Below are positions 31,349 to 41,800 of a DNA stretch of 64,000 nt, one piece after another. Origin of the DNA: Candidatus Saccharimonadota bacterium (GTDB lineage: Bacteria > Patescibacteriota > Saccharimonadia > CAILAD01 > GCA-016700035). The stretch is taken from the NCBI GenBank assembly GCA_046350755.1, contig JAXLZV010000001.1, positions 160,216 to 224,215 of the forward strand, given 5' to 3'. How positions within the stretch are numbered: the first letter of the stretch is position 1; each line of letters begins with the position of its first letter. A model generated the notes under the pieces. That model ran no database searches. It saw only the letters and a program-made list of their open reading frames with translations, and was not told where the DNA came from. A program made the translations under genes and the position numbers.

Positions 31349-32578
31349 CTAAGCCGACTCTTCTGTGTCGGACGGCGTGGCAGCAATTTCAGAACTTTCA
31401 GGAGTATCAGATTCTTCAGATGTATCGGTTTCGGCCGACTCACCGGCGGACGGCTTCTCAACCGCGGCGATGAGCTCATCTTCAGGATTTATCTTCTTTT
31501 TGGGTGTCTCAGCGGCAGCTTCCGCTACTTCTTCGATCCCAGCAGCGTCCGAACCATCGATGTCGATATTCCAGTCAGTCAGCTTGGCAGCCAAGCGGAC
31601 ATTCTGTCCAGAGCGGCCGATAGCTAAGGAAAGCTGATCCTCAGGGACTTTCACTGATGCACGATGCTCAGTTTCATCAACTGTCACTTCGGCGATATTT
31701 TTGGCTGGTGAGAGAGCGTTGGCGATATAGTGCTTAATATCCTCGTCAAAGGGAATAATATCGATTTTCTCATCGCCGATATTGGCCATCACAGCCTGAA
31801 CACGGGTCCCGCGTCCACCGACAAACGTACCAACGGGATCAACGCCTTCGACATTGCTTTTGACTGCTATCTTCGTACGCGCACCAGCCTCACGAGCGAT
31901 ATTGACGATTTCAACATTACCGGTGGCAATCTCTGGTACTTCCATCTCAAACAGTCGCCGAATCAGATTCGGGTGACTGCGGCTGACAACAATCTGTGGA
32001 CCCTTGAGGGTATTCTCAACGCGCACAACATAAACCTTCACGCGCTGACCCGGGTAGTACCGCTCGCCGTGGATTTGTTCAGATGGGAACATGATGCCAG
32101 TCGTGCGACCGAGATCAACGAAGACATTGCCGTGCTCGACGCGCTGAACTGAGCCATTCATGATGGTATCTTCTTTATCCTGATACTCGTTATAAATCAC
32201 CTCACGTTCGGCTTCGCGAATGCGCTGGATGATAACCTGCTTGGCGGTTTGGGCAGCTACCCGACCAAAGTCCTTATTCACATCTTCGTATTCAACCGTC
32301 TCGCCGACTGCGGCCGACTTGCGAATAACCTGCGCATCACCTACCGAAATCTCTAAATGAGGATTCTCGACCTCAGCCACAACTTCCTTCGTAATAAAGA
32401 TACGTGGATCGCCGGTCGATGGGTCAACCTCAACTCGTACTTCCTGATCCTTATCACCGAAGTCTTTTTTATACGCGGCAATGAGGGCCATCTCAATCGT
32501 CTCCATGACGATGTCCTTAGAGATGCCTTTTTCTTCGCAAATTTGCTCGATAGCTGAAATGAATTGATTCTGTTGCAT
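31349..32578 (-). CDS. nusA: Transcription termination/antitermination factor NusA
   Basis: FGRVAAQTAKQ, S1 and KH domains, LSLAIGRSGQNVRLA. Confidence 0.97.
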   Translation of the reverse strand: MQQNQFISAIEQICEEKGISKDIVMETIEMALIAAYKKDFGDKDQEVRVEVDPSTGDPRIFITKEVVAEVENPHLEISVGDAQVIRKSAAVGETVEYEDVNKDFGRVAAQTAKQVIIQRIREAEREVIYNEYQDKEDTIMNGSVQRVEHGNVFVDLGRTTGIMFPSEQIHGERYYPGQRVKVYVVRVENTLKGPQIVVSRSHPNLIRRLFEMEVPEIATGNVEIVNIAREAGARTKIAVKSNVEGVDPVGTFVGGRGTRVQAVMANIGDEKIDIIPFDEDIKHYIANALSPAKNIAEVTVDETEHRASVKVPEDQLSLAIGRSGQNVRLAAKLTDWNIDIDGSDAAGIEEVAEAAAETPKKKINPEDELIAAVEKPSAGESAETDTSEESDTPESSEIAATPSDTEESA

Positions 32579-32641
32579 GATTCTTATATTCCTAATGTTA
32601 TTCTACTGTGTCTAGCTCGTGCTGTGGGCGATTTTGGGTCG

Positions 32642-32678
32642 AAAAAAGCCGCTCGCTGTTAATTATGTAGCGACCGAC
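32642..32678 (-). terminator. Weak terminator/attenuator in nusA leader
   Basis: Minus strand GTCGGTCGCT-N11-AGCGAGCGGC-TTTTTT between promoter and ATG. Confidence 0.55.
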
Positions 32679-32723
32679 TCTGACAACAGCTCGATGTATG
32701 CTCACTAGTATACGGTCTGACAA

Positions 32724-32750
32724 TTAGCACTGTCAAGTGGCGAGTGCCAA
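32724..32750. promoter_or_regulatory. CIRCE-like inverted repeat overlapping the -35 of the nusA promoter
   Basis: TTAGCACTG-N9-GAGTGCCAA (2 mismatches); minus-strand TTGACA 32731-32736 and TATACT 32707-32712. Confidence 0.7.
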
Positions 32751-32752
32751 TT

Positions 32753-33118
32753 TTATCCATCGAGTACTAGGCAATCTGGGTAATGTTGAAGTGTGCAGTT
32801 ATCGATTTCGCCGCCAGCCACCACGACATCAAATCGCACCGATCGATCTTCCCAGCCATACTCAACCAGCCAGGCTTGAGCACCTGCCAGCAGGCGGCGC
32901 TGTTTATCAAGCGAAATCGCTGCCTCACCGCCACCAAAATCAGCATTTGCCCGGTACTTCACCTCCACGAATACCACCGTCTCACCATCAAGCATCACTA
33001 GATCAAGCTCGAAAAAGCGCCTGCGAGCATTGTGCTCCACCAGTTGCAACCCGCGCGTTGTCAGCCACGCTAAAGCCTGAGCTTCAGCGACTTGCCCGAC
33101 GGCCGTTGTATTCGCCAT
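32753..33118 (-). CDS. yraN: YraN family (UPF0102) protein
   Basis: GQVAE...A, ELDLV, VFVEVKYR, RFDVV; follows rnhB. Confidence 0.9.
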   Translation of the reverse strand: MANTTAVGQVAEAQALAWLTTRGLQLVEHNARRRFFELDLVMLDGETVVFVEVKYRANADFGGGEAAISLDKQRRLLAGAQAWLVEYGWEDRSVRFDVVVAGGEIDNCTLQHYPDCLVLDG

Positions 33119-33725
33119 ACTCCACCCCCTTCATAAATGACCGCCGGTGCAAGGGTGTTAACCCATGCTTGCGAAGCGCCGCCAAATGCCGGGGCGTACC
33201 ATAGCCGACATGCGTCTCAAAGCCATACTCCGGATAAATGAGGGCTTGCTCGCGCATGTAGCTATCCCGTTCGACTTTTGCCAAAATCGACGCTGCTGCG
33301 ATAGATGCACATACCTGGTCACCTTTCACAAGCGTTCGTACCGGCACATCATAACGTAAATAATTGTGTCGCCCATCTAGGTACACCACGTCGGGTGTCA
33401 GCTCGATTTGCGACCAAGCCTGTCGACCGGCGGCGATCAGGCTAGCGGTCAAACCATGCTGATCGATATACTCAGGCGCGATATGCACCACCACCCAACT
33501 GGTCGCGCTGGCCCGAATCACGATCGCCTTCTCTTCACGCTGCTTGGCTGATAACAACTTCGAATCCACCACCGGCTCAGAAAAGTCCTCTGGCAAGATG
33601 ACTAGCCCAAGTGAAACTGGGCCAGCCAATGGTCCGCGACCGACTTCATCCACGCCGGCCACCAGAGCAAACCCCTCGATTCGAGCGGCTTCTTCCACCT
33701 CATGCGTCGCCCATGTCCTTGCCAT
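33084..33725 (-). CDS. rnhB: Ribonuclease HII
   Basis: GVDEVGRGPLAGPV, DSK, KGD, SIAAASILAKV. Confidence 0.96.
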   Translation of the reverse strand: MARTWATHEVEEAARIEGFALVAGVDEVGRGPLAGPVSLGLVILPEDFSEPVVDSKLLSAKQREEKAIVIRASATSWVVVHIAPEYIDQHGLTASLIAAGRQAWSQIELTPDVVYLDGRHNYLRYDVPVRTLVKGDQVCASIAAASILAKVERDSYMREQALIYPEYGFETHVGYGTPRHLAALRKHGLTPLHRRSFMKGVEYGEYNGRRASR

Positions 33726-33810
33726 ATAACTAGTTTACTACGAACAAAATACGAATGTCTAGTCTAAAAAAATCGGGCCTCACGTACACGCGAGACCCTG
33801 ATTGGGCTGA

Positions 33811-34734
33811 TCATGTATCGACCCACTGCGCCACAAGCCGCTCCATGCTAGACGGACCGTATTGCCAGTAGTTCGCTGCTACCTGTACAGCCGCGGCACC
33901 GCAGGCCAGAAACTCCGAGACATCACTCCCCGATGTGATCCCTCCGACGCCGACCACCGGGATCGGTGAACCGCAGCCGCGCAAGGCTTCGACCCACTGC
34001 AGGACTTGGCCGAGGGCAATCGGCTTGTAGGCTGGTCCGGAAAAGCCACCATACTTGGTCGATAGATATGGCTTGCCATCGTCGATGACGACGGCGTTGG
34101 GGAACGTATTGGTAGAAGCGATATAGAGCCGATTCTCAACCGTGCCAGCAGCCAAGCCAGCAATTCGCTCCGCGACGTGAGCAAGCTCTACCGGATTTGA
34201 ATAAGGTGAGACCTTTAGACCAATCGGCCCCCTCCAGAAGGTGGCGAGATCCAAGAGATGAGTCTCAATCCCTTCGATGTCAAAGCTCAAGATCAGCTTT
34301 TGCTGCCGTTCTGACCAAACGTTCGGACAGCCGAGATTCAGCTCGATTGCATCCAGCTGCCAGTCCTTGAAGTGCTTCAGGAGCCCATACCAACCAACCG
34401 GGTATTCCATCGGAGCAAACGAGAGAATCACCCGCTTGCCAGCTTCGCGAGCCATACCCAGCAGCATCAGCCAACGCGAATGCCAATAGTCGTAGTAATC
34501 AAGGCCAGGATCAGGCAAGCCCATGGCATTGAGCATATAGCCAAGCTCATGGTCGTAATACGAGCGCGGCTCTGGATTTCCTACCCGCTCGCTATACGTA
34601 CCGGTCAGCGACCCAAGCACAATAGCGCTGGCAGACGAGTTGACTGCCGCTTCGAACTCTGCGAGGGTCTTGACCATGCCGGGAGCAACCATGATGGGGT
34701 GCTCAAGTTCCATACCTGCAAGCTTGATCGTCAT
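33811..34734 (-). CDS. pyrD: Dihydroorotate dehydrogenase, family 1
   Basis: NAMGL, ELNLGCPN (catalytic Cys), LKVSP, TNT, GGFSG, GVGGI. Confidence 0.85.
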   Translation of the reverse strand: MTIKLAGMELEHPIMVAPGMVKTLAEFEAAVNSSASAIVLGSLTGTYSERVGNPEPRSYYDHELGYMLNAMGLPDPGLDYYDYWHSRWLMLLGMAREAGKRVILSFAPMEYPVGWYGLLKHFKDWQLDAIELNLGCPNVWSERQQKLILSFDIEGIETHLLDLATFWRGPIGLKVSPYSNPVELAHVAERIAGLAAGTVENRLYIASTNTFPNAVVIDDGKPYLSTKYGGFSGPAYKPIALGQVLQWVEALRGCGSPIPVVGVGGITSGSDVSEFLACGAAAVQVAANYWQYGPSSMERLVAQWVDT

Positions 34735-34853
34735 GTTAGCTACTTTCGTAAAAGGTACATTCGGTCCGGGTTATTCTGCAAGACTATTGATAATATCTCA
34801 AGCATAAAAAGAACCGGTCTGGAGAAAAAACTCCAAACCGGCTATGTACCAGA

Positions 34854-35921
34854 TCAATCAGCGTTATTACCAAGATCACTGAACCAGAGAACTGATTCGA
34901 CTTGCCAATCGAGGATCTCGCCGGCCTTCCAAGGCTTCATGCCAAAGTATTCCTCCGGCACTCGCCATGGCTGGCGCCACAGAGTGATGCGGGGCCGCCG
35001 CTCGAGTGAGGGTCCGACCCCATAGAAGCTCGCGCCATTTGCGCACATGAAAGCCAAGAAATTCTCCCACTTTTCCGCACCGCCCTGTGCGTCGAAGTGC
35101 TGCCAGAGCACCGGAATTGCCACTGGGCTCGACCACACGCCGGCCGCTCCACCGAGCTTGCGTTCGATGAGATGTGGCGCGGAATCTGAGCCGAAGAAGA
35201 TCTTCGGTCGCCCAGCCGCCTCGAGGATGATGCGCGCCAAGTAGTCACGATCATCTGGCGTCTTGGCGATCGGCATGCAATTGCAATGCGGATCCTGTAT
35301 GGCATCCATCTGGGTGATGAATGGATGATGAGCCGTGATGCTGGCCGCCACCGTCTCCGGCGACGTCAACACATAATCGAGCATGCGCCGGTCGGACACG
35401 TGTTCGACAACGATCTTGAGCTCAGGGTAGGCGTCCACCAACCACTGAAGATGAGGAATGAAGCCGAATTCTCGCTTTTGAGGATCCGACTCCACGTCAG
35501 GTGTCAGCTCAGCGTGAAGACACAACACCATGCCAACGTCTTGCATCGCAGCCAGAACCTCTGGCTGAAGATCACGCGGCGAAGATAGGCCGCTGCCCGA
35601 GTTGGTCGTACCACCATGCGGATAATACTTGGCGGCAATAGCCAGCGGATGGGCGGCCTCGATATCCGACGCCGTCGTGTCGGGCGTGAGATACAGGGCC
35701 ATCCGCGTCCCAATCGAGTTGAGCGCACGCGAGTGGCCAACCAGCCGACCGTAATAGTCGGCCACCGCCTCGGCGGTCGTCACTGGCGGTGTCAGGTTCG
35801 GCATCACCAGATTGTTCAAGAACTGATGTCCGGATAGATCCACGACCCGTTCCATGAGAATGCCGTCGCGCAGGTGGACGTGCCAATCGTCCGGTATCGG
35901 CATTTCGATTCGAATAGTCAT
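34854..35921 (-). CDS. pyrC: Dihydroorotase, E. coli-like homodimeric type
   Basis: DDWHVHLRDG, MPNL, KYYP..TTNS, LHAE, EHV, GSDSAPH. Confidence 0.9.
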   Translation of the reverse strand: MTIRIEMPIPDDWHVHLRDGILMERVVDLSGHQFLNNLVMPNLTPPVTTAEAVADYYGRLVGHSRALNSIGTRMALYLTPDTTASDIEAAHPLAIAAKYYPHGGTTNSGSGLSSPRDLQPEVLAAMQDVGMVLCLHAELTPDVESDPQKREFGFIPHLQWLVDAYPELKIVVEHVSDRRMLDYVLTSPETVAASITAHHPFITQMDAIQDPHCNCMPIAKTPDDRDYLARIILEAAGRPKIFFGSDSAPHLIERKLGGAAGVWSSPVAIPVLWQHFDAQGGAEKWENFLAFMCANGASFYGVGPSLERRPRITLWRQPWRVPEEYFGMKPWKAGEILDWQVESVLWFSDLGNNAD

Positions 35922-36035
35922 CTCGATGTCTTTCGGTTCGTAGGTACAAGAACTCGCCTATTCTGCCACTTTTTGACTCAATTTTCAAGCATAACAAAAA
36001 CGCCCTGAACGGGCGTAGTTGAGTGAGTAGTAAGT

Positions 36036-36650
36036 CTACTTCTTGGCTTGGCTTTTATCGTCTTCGGCGTCAGCCTTATCAAGACCTGATTGCGTTTCGT
36101 CAGCTGGCAAGGCTTTTTCGTCATCGCCATCAGCCGAGTCGGTGTCGGCTTCTACTGCTTTGGTCTCTTCTTTGGCCAGATCTTCGGTTGATTCAACAAC
36201 GGCATCTTCGTTGTCGGTAATATCAGCTTCGTTGGCAGCGACTTCAGCTTCGAGGGCAGCAATCTCATCGGTTGTACGATGATCAGCTTCATTAGCTCCC
36301 GCCTTATCAAAATCCTGCTCAACCAAGCGAGCCTTCTTACCGCGCAAACCACGCATATACGAAAGAAAGGCACGACGCACTTTAGCTCGACGCATGACTT
36401 CAATCTTTTCAACGTTTGGCGAGTGCACAAACCAGCTCTTCTCAACACCAACACCCGAAGCAATCTTGCGTACGGTCAAGTAGGCATTGCCTTCATTCGG
36501 CTTGCGGTAGCGGATAACCAGGCCTTCAAATACCTGAGTACGGGTCTTATTTCCTTCGCGAATAATCTGGTGAACCCGGACGGTGTCACCTGGCTTAATC
36601 ACGGGCAGCTTGGCTTTGAGCTGCGACTTTTGCATAACATTGGCTTGCAT
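36036..36650 (-). CDS. rplS: 50S ribosomal protein L19 with long acidic C-terminal extension
   Basis: GDTVRVH, QVFEG, VRKIASGVGVE, KVRRA. Confidence 0.95.
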   Translation of the reverse strand: MQANVMQKSQLKAKLPVIKPGDTVRVHQIIREGNKTRTQVFEGLVIRYRKPNEGNAYLTVRKIASGVGVEKSWFVHSPNVEKIEVMRRAKVRRAFLSYMRGLRGKKARLVEQDFDKAGANEADHRTTDEIAALEAEVAANEADITDNEDAVVESTEDLAKEETKAVEADTDSADGDDEKALPADETQSGLDKADAEDDKSQAKK

Positions 36651-36777
36651 AACTCGAGTATTCTATCAGGTTTACTCCGGAATATCAAGACTACTTACGC
36701 AACATATCCTAATTATTGACATCAAGGATATTTTTTATCATAATATTGAACCTTGTACCTCTACGAAAGGCTATTGC

Positions 36778-37188
36778 ATGCCTCAGCAGCACGTCACCCA
36801 CATCCGCACCATCAAGCGGATCTACGGCAACGCCTACGTCCGCCTCAACGGCAAGCGACCGGTCATCTTCGGTGATCGGGAGGACGTCGAAGTCCTGAAT
36901 GCCACCGGCATCGATCACCCCATGGAGCTCGAGGAACGCGTTCTCAGCGCCATCGAGCTCCTTCCTGGCCATTCCCAAGAGCCCATGCTCCTTTCCATGT
37001 CCGGTGCCCAGGGCGTTGAGATCACTCGCCACCACGGGGTGAACTACTACCGCATCGAGATCTGTGTGAAGGGCAGGTGGCGGCGCCTGCATGGCACCAA
37101 GGCCCAGCGTGCCATCGAGCACGACCTGGCGCTGGCGAAGAAGGCCAGGGTCGACCTCGCTTCTGATGCGACCGCCCCATCTGTGTGA
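36778..37188 (+). CDS. Hypothetical protein
   Basis: TTGACA-17-CATAAT promoter, GAAAGG before ATG, downstream hairpin at about 37203-37231. Confidence 0.65.
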   Translation: MPQQHVTHIRTIKRIYGNAYVRLNGKRPVIFGDREDVEVLNATGIDHPMELEERVLSAIELLPGHSQEPMLLSMSGAQGVEITRHHGVNYYRIEICVKGRWRRLHGTKAQRAIEHDLALAKKARVDLASDATAPSV

Positions 37189-37303
37189 CTTCACTAGTCA
37201 CCCGCCCGCAACCATTCATTTGGTTGCGGGCATTGTTATTGATCACGCATGATATCTATGTTTTAATCACGGCAGTACCTACGACCCTCCTGGAGGAATT
37301 GTT

Positions 37304-37603
37304 ATGCCCGGTTTCATCTTCCCTGAAGGACTTTTCATCTGCGGCCACACGGTCAAGCGGCTCATGGTGCCACAGAAGCAAGGCACGGTTCCGCTTATCC
37401 GACACTTCGCGGAGTGCAGTTGTGGCGAGCGCGTCGAAGTCACCGGTGTGATCGGTGACGAGATCACCGCTGAGTATGAACGAGCCCGCCTCACGCATTA
37501 CGTCATGGTTCTCAACGAAGCCCTGACGGAAGCAAGCTTCAGCGGTGGTGGCGAGTTGCTGGCCGGATCAGATGCCGATGACGGCGAACGGCTCGGTGGC
37601 TGA
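37304..37603 (+). CDS. Small putative Zn-binding protein (paralog A)
   Basis: GGAGG SD; H...CxC...H pattern shared with next ORF. Confidence 0.65.
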   Translation: MPGFIFPEGLFICGHTVKRLMVPQKQGTVPLIRHFAECSCGERVEVTGVIGDEITAEYERARLTHYVMVLNEALTEASFSGGGELLAGSDADDGERLGG

Positions 37604-37604
37604 G

Positions 37605-38009
37605 ATGGACCTTTCCTTCTCGCTCAATAAGGGTATTCTCGGCCATCGCGTGCACAGCTACGCCTCGGCGACACCAACCGGACGTTGGTTTCGGGTCGAG
37701 CGAATAGCCACTGTCGAATGCAAGTGCGGCGCCAAGCTGGAGCTGGACTGGCGAGACCTACCCGAACACTTCACTACATGGGGCGAGCGGATGGCGCTAG
37801 CACACTACCTGAATGTGCTTCACGCAGCGCTCGCACAAGGCATTCAGGCTACCAGTTGGCCGCCGCCGGAACCAGTTCCGCACTCAGGCGAACTCGGGCG
37901 AGACACACTCGCGCCCGATCACGACTACGAAGCCGATGATGATTTCGGTTTTCCCGATCCAGACGCACCAATCCCACGACGCCAACATCCACCCGGCACC
38001 ATTGGGTAA
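37605..38009 (+). CDS. Small putative Zn-binding protein (paralog B)
   Basis: ATG 1 nt after upstream stop; GH.V/ECKCG/HY pattern; hairpin at about 38018-38047. Confidence 0.65.
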   Translation: MDLSFSLNKGILGHRVHSYASATPTGRWFRVERIATVECKCGAKLELDWRDLPEHFTTWGERMALAHYLNVLHAALAQGIQATSWPPPEPVPHSGELGRDTLAPDHDYEADDDFGFPDPDAPIPRRQHPPGTIG

Positions 38010-38065
38010 AAAACTTCACCCGCTACCGAATACAACGGTAGCGGGCTTATTATTACTGACGAAAA

Positions 38066-38794
38066 TCAGCGGCCGTGATGACCAAGCGTCTCGATCTGAA
38101 CTGCTTCATCCAGACAATCCGACACGATTCCACAGAGCTCATCAGCAGCCTCATCCAGCCGATCGTTGATGACTACATGAGGCCATGTGCCAAGGATCTC
38201 CGGGATCTCCCACCTGGCGCGCATGAGTTTTTGCTCGATGACCGTCTCCTCGTCTCCGCGACCGACCAAGCGCATTTCGAGCGCTCCCAGCATTTCGGTC
38301 TGAACGATGATCGATCCGGCAATGGCGAACCAGTAGCGACCCTGCCCATCGTCAAGCAATGCTAGACGCTGGGCTTCCTGCAGCCGACTCGTTCCGGCTG
38401 GCGTCAGACAGGGCGGCAGGATGCCGATCAGATGAACGGCCGGGAAATTCTCCACCAACATTGACTTGGCGAATAGCTGGAGGGCGCCATTGACATCGAG
38501 ATCTCGCAACTCGATGCCTGGCGTGCTCGGATTGACGTAGGAGCCGTAGTAGCCGCCAGTGGCATTCTGCGAGTGCTCGACGATACTGCCGGCCGCGCGT
38601 TCGCGCATGAAGTCTTCGACCGACAGATAGACGTACTTCGAATTGCCGGCGTCGTCATAGTCGTCTTCGCGCGGTTGGCGCGTCGTCGCCTTGCGGCCGA
38701 CAATCAGTTGCGGGAACTGCTTCATGAGGTACTTCATCAGCGTGTCCTTGCCGACACCTTCCGGCCCAGAGATACAGAAAATGTGCGAAGTCAT
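38066..38794 (-). CDS. gmk: Guanylate kinase-like protein with internal insertion
   Basis: ISGPEGVGKDT, TTRQPR, Y.Y, YYG, D.D.NG, RL.GRG, VINDRLDEA. Confidence 0.75.
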   Translation of the reverse strand: MTSHIFCISGPEGVGKDTLMKYLMKQFPQLIVGRKATTRQPREDDYDDAGNSKYVYLSVEDFMRERAAGSIVEHSQNATGGYYGSYVNPSTPGIELRDLDVNGALQLFAKSMLVENFPAVHLIGILPPCLTPAGTSRLQEAQRLALLDDGQGRYWFAIAGSIIVQTEMLGALEMRLVGRGDEETVIEQKLMRARWEIPEILGTWPHVVINDRLDEAADELCGIVSDCLDEAVQIETLGHHGR

Positions 38795-38868
38795 AGCCTT
38801 CTTCCCTCATTTGCGTATAAGGTACGATTACCGGGGATTATATCGGCCCGAAGCGTTTTGGCGCAAGC

Positions 38869-41800
38869 TTACTCGACAAGCAAGGCGTCTTCGGCAACGA
38901 CGTCGGCTAATTGACTTTTGAGCTTTTCGGACACCGCGACTTTGAAGGGTAAGCGAATCTTTTGTCCGGTCGAGGCCAGCTGGACCATAGTTTCAGTTTG
39001 TCCAGGTGCAGCCTGCAGAACCGTCTTGAGTCGGAGCAGCACGACTTGATCTTTGAGATCCTGAAGCGTGATAACAATTCGCGCCGCTTCCTGGGCAGCT
39101 GACGGATCAAGCTCGGGCACTAGAGCTTCACCGGTAGCGATATAGTGCTTGAGTACGCTAGCATCAATCTTCTTGGCTTTGTCAGCCATAACCTTGATGT
39201 CTTCAGTGGTCTTGCCGTCGCGATCTTTAGCGTTGACCTTACCCTGCACCACTACCAGCTGATCTGCCACCCAGAGATCCGGCGTAGCATCATAGGCCCG
39301 TGGGAACACGATCAGCTCGATATCACCTTGTATCGTCTCAAGGCCAACGAACGCCATCGCATCACCTTTCTTGGTCACGATCTTACGAACGGTGGTGATG
39401 ACGCCGCCGACGGTTACCTTTTCACCGTCCATACCTGGCTTAAGCGCTACCGCTGGCGTAGTCTTTTCGCGCAGCCACGCTTCGACTTCGCGCAATGGAT
39501 GACTGGAGAGATACAACCCAAGCAGTTCTTTCTCCCACTGCAAGAATTCTCGCTCCCCAAGGATTTCGCTCGGAGCATCAAGCGGCAATGACGGCACATC
39601 TTCGGTCGCCCCCATGCTGCCAAAGATATCGATCTGGCCCGATAAGGCATTCTTCTGCACTTTACTCATATAGATAACGATCTTATCGAGGTTCGCAAAC
39701 AGCGTGGCGCGATCGCCGATCGAGTCAAAGGCCCCCACCTTCATGAGTGCTTCAATGGCTTTTTTATTAATCTCCCGGGCATCAACCCGCCGGACAAAGT
39801 CCTCAATCGAAGTAAATGACCCACCTTCCTCACGCGCTGCCAGAATGGCGTTGACTGGACCGACTCCGACATTTTTAATCGCCGCGAGACCAAAGCGAAT
39901 CACGTCCTTGCCCTCTCCACTCGAGTCTTTGACGACCGCAAATTCCGCGAATGACTCATTGACATCTGGTGGCAAAACCTCCATGCCCATCTTGCGACAT
40001 TCCGAGACCTCAATAGCCACGCGATCTAAATTGCCATGATCAGAGGTCAACAGAGCCGCCATAAAAGCGGCCGGATAGTGTGCCTTAAGATAGGCGGTTT
40101 GCACGGCGATCAAGGCGTAACAAGCCGCATGGCTCTTATTAAAACAATAGGCCGCAAAGTCTTCGATCGAGCCCCATAGCTGTTCGACAAAACTCCGATC
40201 GGCATCAGAGTGTTTAATCGCCCCTTCAATAAAATCCTTTTTCATCTTGGCGATGACTTCAGGGATCTTCTTGCCAATTCCTTTACGCAAGGTGTCGGCC
40301 TGGCCACCAGTAAAGCCGCAGAGATCTTTTGAAATCTGCATAACCTGCTCTTGATAAACGATGATGCCGTAGGTTTCCTTGAGGGCCGCTTCCATCTTTG
40401 GGTGGTCAAAATGTATGCGCTCCGGGTGGTGCTTACGACCAATGAAGTCTTCGATCCACTGCATTGGACCTGGGCGATACAGCGCCACCATAGCGATAAT
40501 ATCCTCGAAGCGATCAGGCTTGAGTTCGCGAATATAGCGCTTCATGCCAGCTGATTCCAACTGGAAGACACCGGTAGTATCGCCGCGGGCTAAGAGTTCA
40601 TACGTTGCCGTATCATCAATTGGAATCTCCCCGACATCGATCGTCTTGCCATACACACGCTTGATGATGCGCAGGGCATTCTTGATGATCGTCAAGTTCG
40701 ACAGCCCCAAAAAGTCGAACTTCAACAGGCCCAAATCCTCCATGGTTGTGCCAATGTACTGCGTCGACACGCCACCCTTTGAGGCGCGAGTTAATGGCAC
40801 ATACTCCACTAGCGGTTCGGGCGCAATCACCACCCCAGCAGCGTGAGTCCCGGCGTTGCGAATTGTCCCCTCGAGCTGCATAGCGATATCGATCAAGCGC
40901 TTGGTACGCGGATTCGTATCATATTCTTTCTTCAGGTCTGGATCATCGACGATCGACTTCTTGAGCGGAATATGGCGACCCTGAATCGGCGCTGGAATCA
41001 GCTTGGCGATCGCGTCAACCTCACCGTATGGCATCGCGAGCACACGACCCGTATCGCGCACAGCGTTTCGCGCCGCCATTACGCCGAAGGTGATGATCTG
41101 GGCGACTTTCTCCTGCCCATACTTCTCAGTGGCATAGGCGATCACCTCTTCGCGTCGGTCGTCAGCAAAGTCCATGTCGATATCGGGCATAGAGATGCGA
41201 TCTGGATTCAAGAAGCGCTCGAATAGTAGTTCATACTTCAATGGATCCAGATCAGTAATATTCGTCACATAGGCCACGATCGAACCAGCCGCCGAGCCCC
41301 GACCCGGCCCACAGACGATGCCTTGATTCTTTGACCAGTTCAACAGATCAGCAACAATGAGGAAGTAGCCGTCGTAGCCCATGCGCGCAATGACCTCAAG
41401 CTCATACTCGATTCGTTCGACGACTTCTTTCGGCAACTTCGGGCGAGCAGTTTTCTCGCCATAATGACTGATGTCTTCCTTGGGTATGTTGCCGTACCGC
41501 CACATCGCGCCCTGATAGACCAACTCGCGCAAATATTCACGCTCGGTTCGACCTTCTGGCACTTCAAACTTCGGAATCAAAATCTTGCCGAGCTCAATTT
41601 CAAGATTGCATCGCTCAGCGATCTTGACGGTATTCTCGAGTGCATCCAGATCATCGGGAAAACGTTCGGCAATCGAGTCGCCGGAGTGGATCGACAGGTC
41701 TTGGTCAAGCTTGAAGCGGTTCGGGTCCTCAATAGTTGAACCGGTTTGCACGCACAGTAAAATGTCATGGGCGTAGTGTTGCGATTCTTTTGAGTAGTGA

